This document shows positions 11,411 through 22,298 of a stretch of 27,452 nucleotides of DNA, piece after piece. The translations under genes were made by a program, and so were the position numbers. This DNA is from Macrostomum lignano (taxonomy: Eukaryota): positions 1-27,452 of the forward strand of contig NIVC01005062.1 in NCBI GenBank assembly GCA_002269645.1, given 5' to 3'. The notes below the pieces were generated by a model, which saw only the letters and a list, made by a program, of their open reading frames with translations, was not told the DNA's origin and did no database searches. Every line of letters starts with the position of its first letter. Position 1 is the first letter of the stretch.

Positions 11411-12030
11411 GACCCACTGATATAGTGTGCGCAATTTATATCAAGTCTTATTGTTGGGCCTAAATATAAGAACACTGTAGACGTAAAGTCAAAAAACTAT
11501 TGGTAGTAGTACGCCAGACAAACTAAACCGGCACTTAGCACACTGCTGCTCGTCCCGCGTTCCAGGTGTTTTTTCAACGAAATTAGAGAAAATCAAATTA
11601 GAAGTGATTTTTAGTAAGATAAAATTAAATCTAAAAATCATATACTTATTGCTAAAAAAGTTTTTTTTTAACATTAATAATATTTTGATATTATATTCTC
11701 TTTGTAGAATACGAGAATGCAAACTTTGTTATATATCACAACGTGTAAGTTTAACTTGTAATTAAAATTGTTCTTGGAAAGGCATCAAAAGTGAGCTCGT
11801 CAACATTACATGCTTTAAAGTCACTTTGGTTTGTAGTAAACATTTTACTACATGGCTTTCAGACATGCCAGGGATGCATGCCAGGATGAGTCACAAGTGT
11901 AGGTCCAGGTGTAGAGCTTAATTAATAGGTCACGGGATGCGGCCACACGTGTAAACTTTCTTTAGGCCTACCGTCAACTGGCAGACTGGCTTACTTTAGC
12001 CTTTAGTTAGGGCTTAGGCGTATGTTAGCA
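11411..12030 (-). promoter_or_regulatory. Probable SAC1 5' UTR and promoter region
   Basis: Immediately upstream of the exon 1 ATG. CpGs are locally retained (e.g. ctcgtcccgcgttcc) inside an otherwise CpG-poor domain; TGAGTCA (~11887) and CACGTG (~11946) motifs are present. The TSS cannot be determined from sequence. Confidence 0.45.
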
Positions 12031-12380
12031 ATATTAAAGTCTTAAATTATGAATCAGTAAAAAGGCTTTCAAGTATAAACTAGAAAGAAAAGAAAAATAG
12101 GCCCTAGGCTTACTTTTTCTTTGTCATAAAAAAACATTTTTAGCCTTTTATTACAATGATAACAACAAACTTCAAACTAAAAATCTAATCTATCATAATT
12201 CTTATAATTATAGTAATCGTTTTTTTTAAACTAAACCTTACAAAAAAAGGTGCTTTTATACTTTTTAAATTGTTAAAATTAAAAAATAGACATTCATAGT
12301 CATACATATTTATATTATTATAAATAAGTAAGCCTAATTATCTTAAATAGACCTATTGAGTATTGTCATATTATTATTTT

Positions 12381-12994
12381 GGCAGTGCTTATTCCCACGG
12401 TACCGTAGAAATAATTTCTGTCTTATTCCAACGGTACCGTGGGGATAATTTTCTACTTATCCGCACGGCACACTGACGAGATAGCTGCCTCATCTTTTAC
12501 ATATGCTGTGGGAATAATTTAGTTTAGTACTTACGGTTTAAGTGCAGTATAACAACATAACTTTGCTTGGCCATTAGTTTTATAGAAGTAAAGATTTAAT
12601 TGCCTTTTTATGCAAAAAAACTTTTTTTGTATTTATGATGTATGATTTAAGTAAGGTATATTGCTCTAGTAATTGTTTATTATTTGAATTTTTAGCAAAG
12701 TATAATCCCGAGATCATACCGAAAAGTGCATTGCCGCTTCTGTTGTAGACTTCTACTAGACATGTAAATTAGCAATTTGTTTGTATAGATATATGCAATT
12801 GCATTGCTTTAACAATTCGCCCTATCTAATCAGTATGCCATGCAGATAAGCAGAAAATTATTCCCACAGCATATGTAGAAGATAGGGCAGCTATCTCATC
12901 AGTGTGCCGTGCGGATAAGTAGAAAATTATTCCCACGGTACCGTTGGAAAAAGACAGAAATTATTCCTACGGTACCATGGGGATAAGCACTGCT
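12381..12994. mobile_element. Non-autonomous Mutator-like (MULE/foldback) element with ~140-bp TIRs
   Basis: Inverted repeats 12381-12520 and 12855-12994 (about 10 mismatches by hand alignment) with internal repeated cggtacc units. AT-rich 9-bp TSD tattatttt (12372-12380 and 12995-13003; readable as 10 bp). Confidence 0.8.
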
Positions 12995-15246
12995 TATTAT
13001 TTTTCATATTTTATATATTATTTATAAAACTTTTTAGTTTTTATGTACCAAGTGCATCACTGCATCAGGAAGGAGAGGAACTTTTTTGTGTGTACTATGA
13101 TTATGTACCAAGAGTCCAAAAGCATTGTAGAATATAGACCTCTTCAATAGGCTATGATTGTGTGCCAAGTGCATCTTAAACCCCTTGTATGCATCAGAAT
13201 TTTCTATGGCAAAGGCCATCTTCCTGACTATGGAGAATATATATACCCTAACATAGTAGCCTATATTACATATTGATATTAGATATCTTTACATTAAATC
13301 CCATTGTTAAGCCATTAGCTATAAGCCCCCTCCCCCCTCCTAATAAGCATTATAACTTTATCATAGAAAATAGCTTCCATCCTATATGCCAGAAAGCATA
13401 TATCATGCCAGAAAATTCTAGTGTGCATTTGATTTGGCCTAAAAGTTATAGCGTGCATTGGTGTGTATTTGGGTATTACACACCAAAAGTGGAATCTTGG
13501 CATGCTATGGTATAGAATAGCTAGTATAGAATGTGGCCTGGCATGATATTGGGCATGTTTTATTGAGACAAAAGTTTGTGAAAAGACATGGTGTTGTGAA
13601 AACAATAATTCATACTTTTTTATTGCTAAATGATAAGTAAATTTTATTCTACAAAAAAGAAACATTATATATTTGCATGTTACAAAAGTTTAAAAAAACA
13701 TTGCAAACTTAGTTTTTTGAAGTCATTTTTAAATGTAAAAAATTATATGTTTTTCTATAATATATTAGTTTGGTGTACATAGTCTCTGCTTGCTAGTGTG
13801 CATCTACTTGGCACTGGCATGCATCTACTTGGCACTGGCATGCATTGGTTTAGAGCATTCTGGCATATACTAAACATGATCTAGACTATGGCTGCTATCA
13901 AAGTTGTCCCAAATCCACTTTCTCTATTGTACTTTATAACTCTGGTCTTAGAAGTATGGGAAGTCTAAAAACTATGGGAGTCTAGAACCAAAATAATTCT
14001 GACTCCAAAACCAGAATCAGTAGGAAAATGAAAAGCATAGAATCTTTTTATTCTATTTCTGTCTAAATGTATTACTTTTCAAAAGATAAAAACATTATTT
14101 AAAATTGACAAAATAGTATTCTTTTTGAAATTTTATTTCAAATTCATCCTATTGTTTCTAGACTATAGACATATAACAATAGATTGAGAAAATTTCTTGA
14201 ACCAAATTCCAGAATTGGATTACAGTTCTAGAACCGATTTTGAAAACAGAACAAACAATCTGTAAAACTTCAAACTGATTCTGGTTCTGGAATTAGTAAT
14301 ATAAAAAGCCTATAAGTGGTCTTATATATTTTTCTAGTCCTTTAGACATTGCCTAGACTAGAAATTCACAAAATTACTCTCTAAACTTCTTTTGTATAAC
14401 TCTAATTCTCTCTCTTAGTATTTTTATTAGCACTTCAAGCCCTATTTAGTCCAAAGTGAATAACTTGTTAAAATATTTCTAAGTAAGTTTGTATGACTAT
14501 GAGTCAGAATATAAATGAAACAATTTGCAAATAAAAGTAGTCTAGTTTATTTGCCATGATTGTCATGTATATTTGTTACATAGTCTAGTATATAAGGTTT
14601 GGGAGAAATGTTTATAATAAAAATAATTATCAAAATAGTTATCAAAGTTTTTTGCTTTTTAAAACAACTATAACATTATTTTATAGTTTTTGCATAGATT
14701 TAACTATGGTTATTGTTAACTATTTTTTATATAAAAACTAATATTTATATATAGACATATAATACATGGATAACTGTTACAAATAATAGACTATTACATA
14801 GTCCTTATATAAAATCCAAAGTTGTGAGCTCCCAATTGCTCTATTGATATAGCATAGTTAAGATATTTATTAAGCACATTTTGACCATGTATTTTAATAA
14901 GATATATTATACTATAATACTATTATGCTTTATTTAATAAATTTTGTCATTAGTAACATTTTTATTGTAGATTTTTTAAATACAAAGCTTATAAATTATT
15001 TGCTACAAAATTTTTATTGAAGTTGCTATTTTTTCTATGTGGTTTTTTTCAAAGTTTTAGTTATCAAAGTGGATATTCATTTTATATGCTAAATACACAT
15101 TATAGATATATATTTAAAAGTACTGAAAATTTTGTGTGAACAAAAATAAAAACAGTTTTTCTTTTTTAGATACTCTATATAGGCCCTAATTTAAACATAT
15201 CAAATGAATCTATAAATAAATTTAACAAGAGTACTTTTATCTAAAT

Positions 15247-15544
15247 CATACATGCGCAACCTCCAAAATTCGGTCGGCCGTGCGACTTAGTTTTAACAAA
15301 AATGCGACGTAGTTTTTGGCCAAAAATGCGACTTACATGTAAAAAAACCCTAAAGCAAAATTAACGCAACTTTGGGTAAACGGCAGGAGTAACTATGAGT
15401 GTTTTATTAAGCCAAAATGCCTCGTCAGCTACTTAGTACTACTACTTGGGTATTTTTTTAGGTGGACATTTTTGCGACTTCCTTGGTTGGCTGCCAAATC
15501 AGTCGGCCGGATCGGCCGACTCGGCCGACTGTTGCGCACGTATG
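15247..15544. mobile_element. MITE (298 bp), 8-bp TSD, hAT- or P-like; copy 2, intergenic
   Basis: TIR catacatgcgcaac...gttgcgcacgtatg (1 mismatch), TSD atctaaat (15239-15246 and 15545-15552). Aligns end to end with the reverse complement of copy 1. Confidence 0.9.
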
Positions 15545-16121
15545 ATCTAAATTGAATATCAACCTTACTCATACCTATAATAAAAGCCCCTCTAATAAAA
15601 GCCAAGAAGGATAAATTAAAGCTTTGTCACTTTGTGACCCATTATGGAAATCAAGAATATATGCTATAAGGTTTCTTCAATACATATTTTGTCCAAAGTC
15701 GTTATAAAATGTACCCTACTATCCTTTCAATATTTGATGATTGGTTTCTTCTATACTACTATACCATCAGTGGGCAGATATTCAAGCATATTTTAGGACC
15801 TAAAAGATAATCTTTGATTATACAAGTATACCTAGTCTACCTTAGTTAGCTTGCTTTTCTATTATTTGTATAATAAAATAAAAGTTAAAAATGTTTGACA
15901 TTAAAATAATATCCTTTGCAGAGCACACAGACTGCACCAGCCAATCCATAGATTTTGGATGAGACCTTCGCCAACTCTGATTAAAGCATGATAGTATGAG
16001 TTTGTTAATAAAATTGATCAACAGGTTTTTGTCACATCAAGTGAATTCTTTAGCCGAAGCAATCTTATTGTAAAGTCAATTTTTCTTTCCAACTCTACCA
16101 AGAGATCATCTGCTGGCAGGC

Positions 16122-16867
16122 ATGGACAGTTCTTCGAGTAGCGCTTTACAGACTTCTGTTGTTGTTGACAGCGCCAGTGCGGCCAACTGTGTTGACAAGC
16201 TGCCCAGTCCGCAGCTGATGCCGCCGCCGCCGCCGCGTGTCATCCGAGTCTGCCCGCTACCACCGCAGCCGCCTCAATCATCAAGTCACAACCGTCGGCG
16301 ACAGAGGCCAACTAAACAGGGCGAATCGCAATCTGCCAATGTCGACGCCGATAGTCTTGACGCCGACGTTGATATCGACGTTGCCGCCGTCCGGAAGTCG
16401 AACAAAAAGAAAAAGAAAAAGTCCAAACGTCGACGTGCATCTGACGACGTTGTCGCCGACGAGGGACGTTCGTCGTCGATGTCGACGCTTGACGACACCC
16501 TTGCCGGCGTGCTCGCCGCTAAGAAGGCCAAGCCTAGCAGAGAGCCGGTCTCCGCCTCCCCAGACGAAGACGAATCTTCCAATAATAATTTTAATAAAGA
16601 CTCGAAAAAGAACAAGAAAAACAAGCGAAAGCAGAAACGTAAAGAAGAAGAAGCGTTTGCTAGTATAGATGATGACGCCGAGTTGCCGGCGATAGGCACA
16701 GAGCCGAACTGCTTCGATGATGTCATCGACGGTGCGGCCTCCGACACGCCGACACTGCCGGCCACGGCCGATTCGCCCCCGGCAGTCGGAAATCCCAAGT
16801 CCAAGAAGCGTCCCGCTTCAAAAGGGGCGTCCAGCCAATCTGCTAACGAGTCGAAAAAGAAGAAAAG
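16122..16867 (+). CDS. Unknown Lys/Asp/Ser-rich low-complexity nuclear protein, coding exon A
   Basis: GC-rich ORF beginning abruptly at the edge of the AT-rich domain, with polybasic NLS-like tracts (KSNKKKKKKSKRRR, KKNKKNKRKQKRK). Donor AG|gttaat at 16868 is phase 2 and matches the next exon. The true start may lie upstream (pyrimidine-rich acceptor near 16080-16102). Confidence 0.75.
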
Positions 16868-16932
16868 GTTAATTCAAAGCTGCTTATTTATTGAATATAT
16901 TCACGACAAGTTATCTTGATATGGTTTCCACA

Positions 16933-17545
16933 CTTCCTGATGCTCAGTTGCTGGGCCAGCTTCCCAGATCCTCAGTTGCTGGGCCAGCCTCCCAGATCGT
17001 CAGTTGCTGAGCCACCAGCCTCCCAGATCCTCAGTTGCTGGGCCAGCCTCCCATGCAGATCCTCAGTTGCTGGGCCAGCCTCCCAGATCGTCAGTTGCTG
17101 AGCCACCAGCCTCCCAGATCCCCAGTTGCTGGGCCAGCCTCCCAGAGTGTCAGTTGCTAAGCCAGCTTCCCAGATCCTCAGTTGCTGGGCCAGCCTCCCA
17201 GATCGTCAGTTGCTGAGCCAGCTTCCCAGATCCTCAGTTGCTGGGCCAGCCTCCCATGCAGATCCTCAGTTGCTGGGCCAGCCTCCCAGATGCTCAGTTG
17301 CTGTTGCTGGGCCAGCCTCCCAGATGCTCAGTTGCTGGGCCAGCCTCCCAGAGTGTCAGTTGCTGGGCCAGCCTCTCAGAGTGTCAGTTGCTGGGCCAGC
17401 CTCCCAGAGTGTCAGTTGCTGGGCCAGCCTCCCAGATGCTCAGTTGCTAAGCCAGCCTCCCAGAGTGTCAGTTCCTAAGCCAACCTCCCAAATCCTCAGT
17501 TGCTGGGCCAGCCTCCCAGATGCTCAGTTGCTTGGCCAGCCTCGT
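16933..17545. repeat. Intronic minisatellite, 28-bp unit (cagttgctgggccagcctcccagatcct)
   Basis: About 21 tandem copies filling most of intron 16868-17607. Confidence 0.95.
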
Positions 17546-17607
17546 AAATCCTCAATTGTTTAGTTGTAGTTTAGCAGTTGTTTAACTTGTTTTTCTTTGT
17601 TGCTCAG

Positions 17608-17824
17608 TGGCGGAACACCCGGCAAGAAGGGCCGGCCAAGAAAGTCGCTACCGAGAACCGACAGTCTCCAATCGTCACTGAACGGTGATGGTGCGTTCGG
17701 CACCGATAATAACAAACCGAATGGCGACATTGATGTTGTATTTGAAGTTGGAGCACCCGATGAGTCGTCATCAGCTGACGGTTCCGCATCCGCTAGACCA
17801 AGCGAAGCTGACGAGTCCGACTGG
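17608..17824 (+). CDS. Same gene, exon B with AT-hook (TPGKKGRPRKS) and acidic stretch
   Basis: Acceptor ttgtttttctttgttgctcag|, in frame with exon A. Contains a GRP core flanked by K/R. Probable donor TGG|gtcagt at 17825, the same donor hexamer used in SAC1 intron 5. Confidence 0.7.
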
Positions 17825-17974
17825 GTCAGTCTGTGTTCTTGTTGATGTGTGGGAAAGTTTTTTATCGGGACCGCCTTGAATGCAGGACAGTTGGTAGTTG
17901 CAACTGGGCAGGTAAAAGTGTAGCAATGATGGACGTAATTGCGGGTCCTTGACCAAGGGGTTAAGTGTCCATAG

Positions 17975-18175
17975 GATGGGTGTCTATAACACCGGGGTAA
18001 TTGTCCATGATTTAGGAGTTAGTGTCCATGATTTAGGAGTTAGTATTTATGATTTAAGAATTAGTGTCCATGATTTAGGGGTAAGTGTCCGTGATTTAGG
18101 AGTTAGTGTCCATGATTTAGGAGTTAGTGTCCATGATTTAGGAGTTAGTGTCCATGATTTAGGGGTAAGTGTCCA
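17975..18175. repeat. Minisatellite, 21-bp unit (gtgtccatgatttaggagtta)
   Basis: About 9 tandem copies. Confidence 0.92.
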
Positions 18176-18559
18176 TACGACGAGTGTCTATAACTCAAAA
18201 GAACGCCGCCATTGAGACATCGAGCCTTCATATAAAGTAATTTTTAAATAAATCTTAGAGTTACGCCCTTTCTTTGAACTCTGCTAATGAATTAAACTAC
18301 TTGAGGTGCAACAGACAGACAGACAGAGTAAGTGAAAAGAGGTTCTGAGATGAAAGCATTGAGATTCGCTCGATTGGGGGTCGGGATGTGTAACAGGCTA
18401 TAAAATATGGATTGAGGTGAGAATTGCGTTTAAAATAGCTTAAAAATTAAAAATTCGGTTCCTCGAGTGGGTTCTTGACGGCGCATTGCGATTGTCTGTT
18501 GCAGATACTATAGATTTGTATTCAACAATAAACAGCTGGTCTATGGCAAAGGCCCTATT

Positions 18560-19275
18560 GTCTATGGGTGACACAAGCCATTTAGTCTATGGGTGACACA
18601 AGTCATTTAGTCTATGGGTGACACAAGTCATTTAGTCTGGGTGACACAAGCCATTTATTCTATGGGTGACACAAGTCATTTAGTCTATGGGTGACACAAG
18701 TCATGTAGTCTATGGGTGACACAAGTCATTTAGTCTATGGGTGACACAAGTCATGTAGTCTATGGGTGACACAAGTCATTTAGTCTGGGTGACACAAGCC
18801 ATTTATTCTATGGGTGACACAAGTCATTTAGTCTATGGGTGACACAAGTCATGTAGTCTATGGGTGACACAAGTCATTAAGTCTATGGGTGACACAAGTC
18901 ATTTAGTCTATGGGTGAGACAAGCCATTTAGTCTATGGGTGACACAAGTCATGTAGTCTATGGGTGACACAAGTCATGTAGTCTATGGGTGACACAAGTC
19001 ATTTAGTCTATGGGTGACACAAGTCATGTAGTCTATGGGTGACACAAGTCATTTAGTCTATGGGTGAGACAAGCCATTTAGTCTATGGGTGACACAAGTC
19101 ATGTATGTAGTCTATTGGTGAGACAAGCCATTTGGTCTATGGGTGACAAAAATCATGTAGTCTATGGGTGACACAAGTCATGTAGTCCATGGGTGACACA
19201 AGTCATGTAGTCTATGGGTGACACAAGCCATTTAGTCTATGGGTGAGACAAGCCATTTAGTCTATGGGTGACATA
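18560..19275. repeat. Minisatellite, 25-bp unit (gtctatgggtgacacaagtcattta)
   Basis: About 28 tandem copies; the unit carries a TGAC-N4-GTCA dyad. Confidence 0.95.
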
Positions 19276-19694
19276 AGCAAGTTTTAAAAAAATTTAAGTT
19301 TTAAAAAGTTCTTAGCTTTTTTGTCTGTTTTTAAACTATGCTGTGTCTTTGAATTCCATGTGACTAGGGCGTGCTTTTTTCCAAAAAAATTGCTTGTTCT
19401 AGAACTTTTCAGAGTCGCTAGCAAAATCTTTTGTATGGATCTGGAAAATTGCTTTAATTGCTCTTTATTCTGCCACTGGCTGTCTAGCGTTTCCCCTTTG
19501 GTTGAGTACAGGGAGTGACTAGCGTGGATAATGGAAAAAATTGCAGTCCACAGCCATAAAATTTATTATTTTTAGGGAGAACTTCCGAAGTCGGAGATTA
19601 GTTAGCTATTTGCCTATGTTTGCTTTTATCGAGACTTTTTGGAATCTCATATGCAATATACACTGAAATTTTAAAGTTCTATGATATTAATAAA

Positions 19695-21785
19695 CTATCC
19701 TGATAATCGTCTCTAGACTAGCCTGAGAATCGCTTCTAGACTAGCCTGAGAATTGTCTCTAAACTACCCTGAAAATCGTCTCTAAACTACCCTGAGAATC
19801 GCCTCTAGACTAGCCTGTGAATCGTCTCGAAACTAGCCTGTGAATCGTCTCTAAACTAGCCTGTGAATCGTCTCTAAACTACCAAGAGAATCGTCTCTAA
19901 ACTAGCCTGTGAATCGTCTCTAAACTACCAAGAGAATCGTCTCTAAACTAGCCTGTGAATCGTCTCTAAACTACCAAGAGAATCGTCTCTAAACTAGCCT
20001 GTGAATCGTCTCTAAACTACCAAGAGAATCGTCTCTAAACTACCCTGAGAATCGTCTCTAAACTACCAAGAGAATCGTCTCTAAACTACCAAGATAATCG
20101 TCTCTAAACTAGCCTGTGAATCGTCTCTAAACTACCAAGAGAATCGTCTCTAAACTACCCTGAGAATCGTCTCTAAACTACCAAGAGAATCGTCTCTAAA
20201 CTACCAAGATAATCGTCTCTAAACTAGCCTGTGAATCGTCTCTAAACTACCAAGATAATCGTCTCTAAACTAGCCTGTGAATCGTCTCTAAACTACCAAG
20301 AGAATCGTCTCTAAACTACCCTGAGAATCGTCTCTAAACTACCAAGAGAATCGTCTCTAAACTACCAAGATAATCGTCTCTAAACTAGCCTGTGAATCGT
20401 CTCTAAACTACCAAGAGAATCGTCTCTAAACTACCCTGAGAATCGTCTCTAAACTACCAAGAGAATCGTCTCTAAACTACCAAGATAATCGTCTCTAAAC
20501 TAGCCTGTGAATCGTCTCTAAACTAGCCTGTGAATCGTCTCTAAACTACCAAGAGAATCGTCTCTAAACTACCCTGAGAATCGTCTCTAAACTAGCCTGT
20601 GAATCGTCTCTAAACTACCAAGAGAATCGTCTCTAAACTACCAAGATAATCGTCTCTAAACTACCAAGAGAATCGTCTCTAAACTACCAAGAGAATCGTC
20701 TCTAAACTACCAAGAGAATCGTCTCTAAACTACCAAGAGAATCGTCTCTAAACTACCAAGATAATCGTCTCTAAACTACCAAGAGAATCGTCTCTAAACT
20801 ACCAAGAGAATCGTCTCTAAACTACCAAGATAATCGTCTCTAAACTACCAAGAGAATCGTCTCTAAACTACCAAGAGAATCGTCTCTAAACTACCAAGAG
20901 AATCGTCTCTAAACTACCAAGAGAATCGTCTCTAAACTACCAAGATAATCGTCTCTAAACTACCAAGATAATCGTCTCTAAACTACCAAGAGAATCGTCT
21001 CTAAAGTACAATTAGAATCGTCTCTAAACTACCAAGATAATCGTCTCTAAACTACCAAGAGAATCGTCTCTAAAGTACAATTAGAATCGTCTCTAAACTA
21101 CCAAGATAATCGTCTCTAAACTACCAAGATAATCGTCTCTAAACTACCAAGATAATCGTCTCTAAAGTACAATTAGAATCGTCTCTAAACTACCAAGATA
21201 ATCGTCTCTAAACTACCAAGATAATCGTCTCTAAACTACCAAGAGAATCGTCTCTAAAGTACAATTAGAATCGTCTCTAAACTACCAAGATAATCGTCTC
21301 TAAACTACCAAGAGAATCGTCTCTAAAGTACAATTAGAATCGTCTCTAAACTACCAAGATAATCGTCTCTAAACTACCAAGAGAATCGTCTCTAAAGTAC
21401 AATTAGAATCGTCTCTAAACTACCAAGATAATCGTCTCTAAACTACCAAGATAATCGTCTCTAAACTACCAAGAGAATCGTCTCTAAAGTACAATTAGAA
21501 TCGTCTCTAAACTACCAAGATAATCGTCTCTAAACTACCAAGATAATCGTCTCTAAACTACCAAGAGAATCGTCTCTAAACTACCAAGAGAATCGTCTCT
21601 AAACTACCAAGATAATCGTTCTAAACTACCAAGAGAATCGTCTCTAAACTACCAAGATAATCGTTCTAAACTACCAAGAGAATCGTCTCTAAAGTACAAT
21701 TAGAATCGTCTCTAAACTACCAAGAGAATCGTCTCTAAACTACCAAGAGAATCGTCTCTAAACTACCAAGAGAATCGTCTCAAGA
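19695..21785. repeat. Satellite, 23-bp unit (gagaatcgtctctaaactaccaa) with higher-order variants
   Basis: About 90 copies. Invariant aatcgtctctaaa core with five recurring variable segments. Confidence 0.97.
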
Positions 21786-22298
21786 GTACATTGAGAAAGC
21801 ATCGTGTGACAAATATGCTACAATGCTGTTGATTCAACATTTTTTCTGCATAGACGCACGACCCAATGTGCGTTGACCGGTTAAGCAGCAAAGCAGTAGT
21901 ATGTAGTGAATTTGTGTCTTACTGTTAGGTCACGCAATATTGTATGTATGTATGGTGTGTATTTATGTATTTAGTTTATGTGCAATTTTTTGCTGTTATC
22001 ACCGTTTGCAATTAAAATTTTTATGGTTGATATTTTTATTACTTGCATCTTCTGTTGTACGCTGTACTCCAACACAACTCAACTAGAAGAAAAGTCTTTT
22101 TTCGTTCTTCTGTTTGTCTTTCTCTCCCTATTAATAGGTTTAATAAAATCAAAATTCATATCGCCTGGGAACAAAGCTTATTCAAATGCCCAAAATTCAC
22201 AAAGACCTAAATTTCAGTAAGCGGAATGCATGCTTTCAAATTGGATGCTTGAAACTTTCAGGCAATGCAAAATTAAAGTTTTTTTTTAATTTACATCA

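Noticed and set aside
7170-13665. Short AT-rich ORFs in the track (7170, 9715, 9735, 11489, 13034, 13273, 13315)
   Set aside because: No recognisable motifs, no transposase or RT signatures, and composition typical of non-coding AT-rich DNA.
6100-16080. AT-rich block as foreign contamination or horizontal insert
   Set aside because: It contains SAC1 exons 1 and 2, which splice in frame with the GC-rich exons. It is kept only as a compositional-domain finding.
16286-16804. 172-aa antisense ORF and 143-aa alternative-frame ORF
   Set aside because: Shadows of the GC-rich, low-complexity main exon.
16916-17563. Several overlapping plus-strand ORFs (LLGQPP / SCWASL repeats)
   Set aside because: All lie in the 28-bp array within a GT-AG intron whose flanking exons join in frame.
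17975-18175. ttagg-containing units as telomeric repeats
   Set aside because: The units are 21 bp (16 bp at 22.3-23.3 kb), not tandem TTAGGG or TTAGG.
19695-21785. CRISPR-like constant core plus variable segment
   Set aside because: The variable parts are five recurring ~10-bp variants, not unique spacers. There are no cas genes and the context is eukaryotic.
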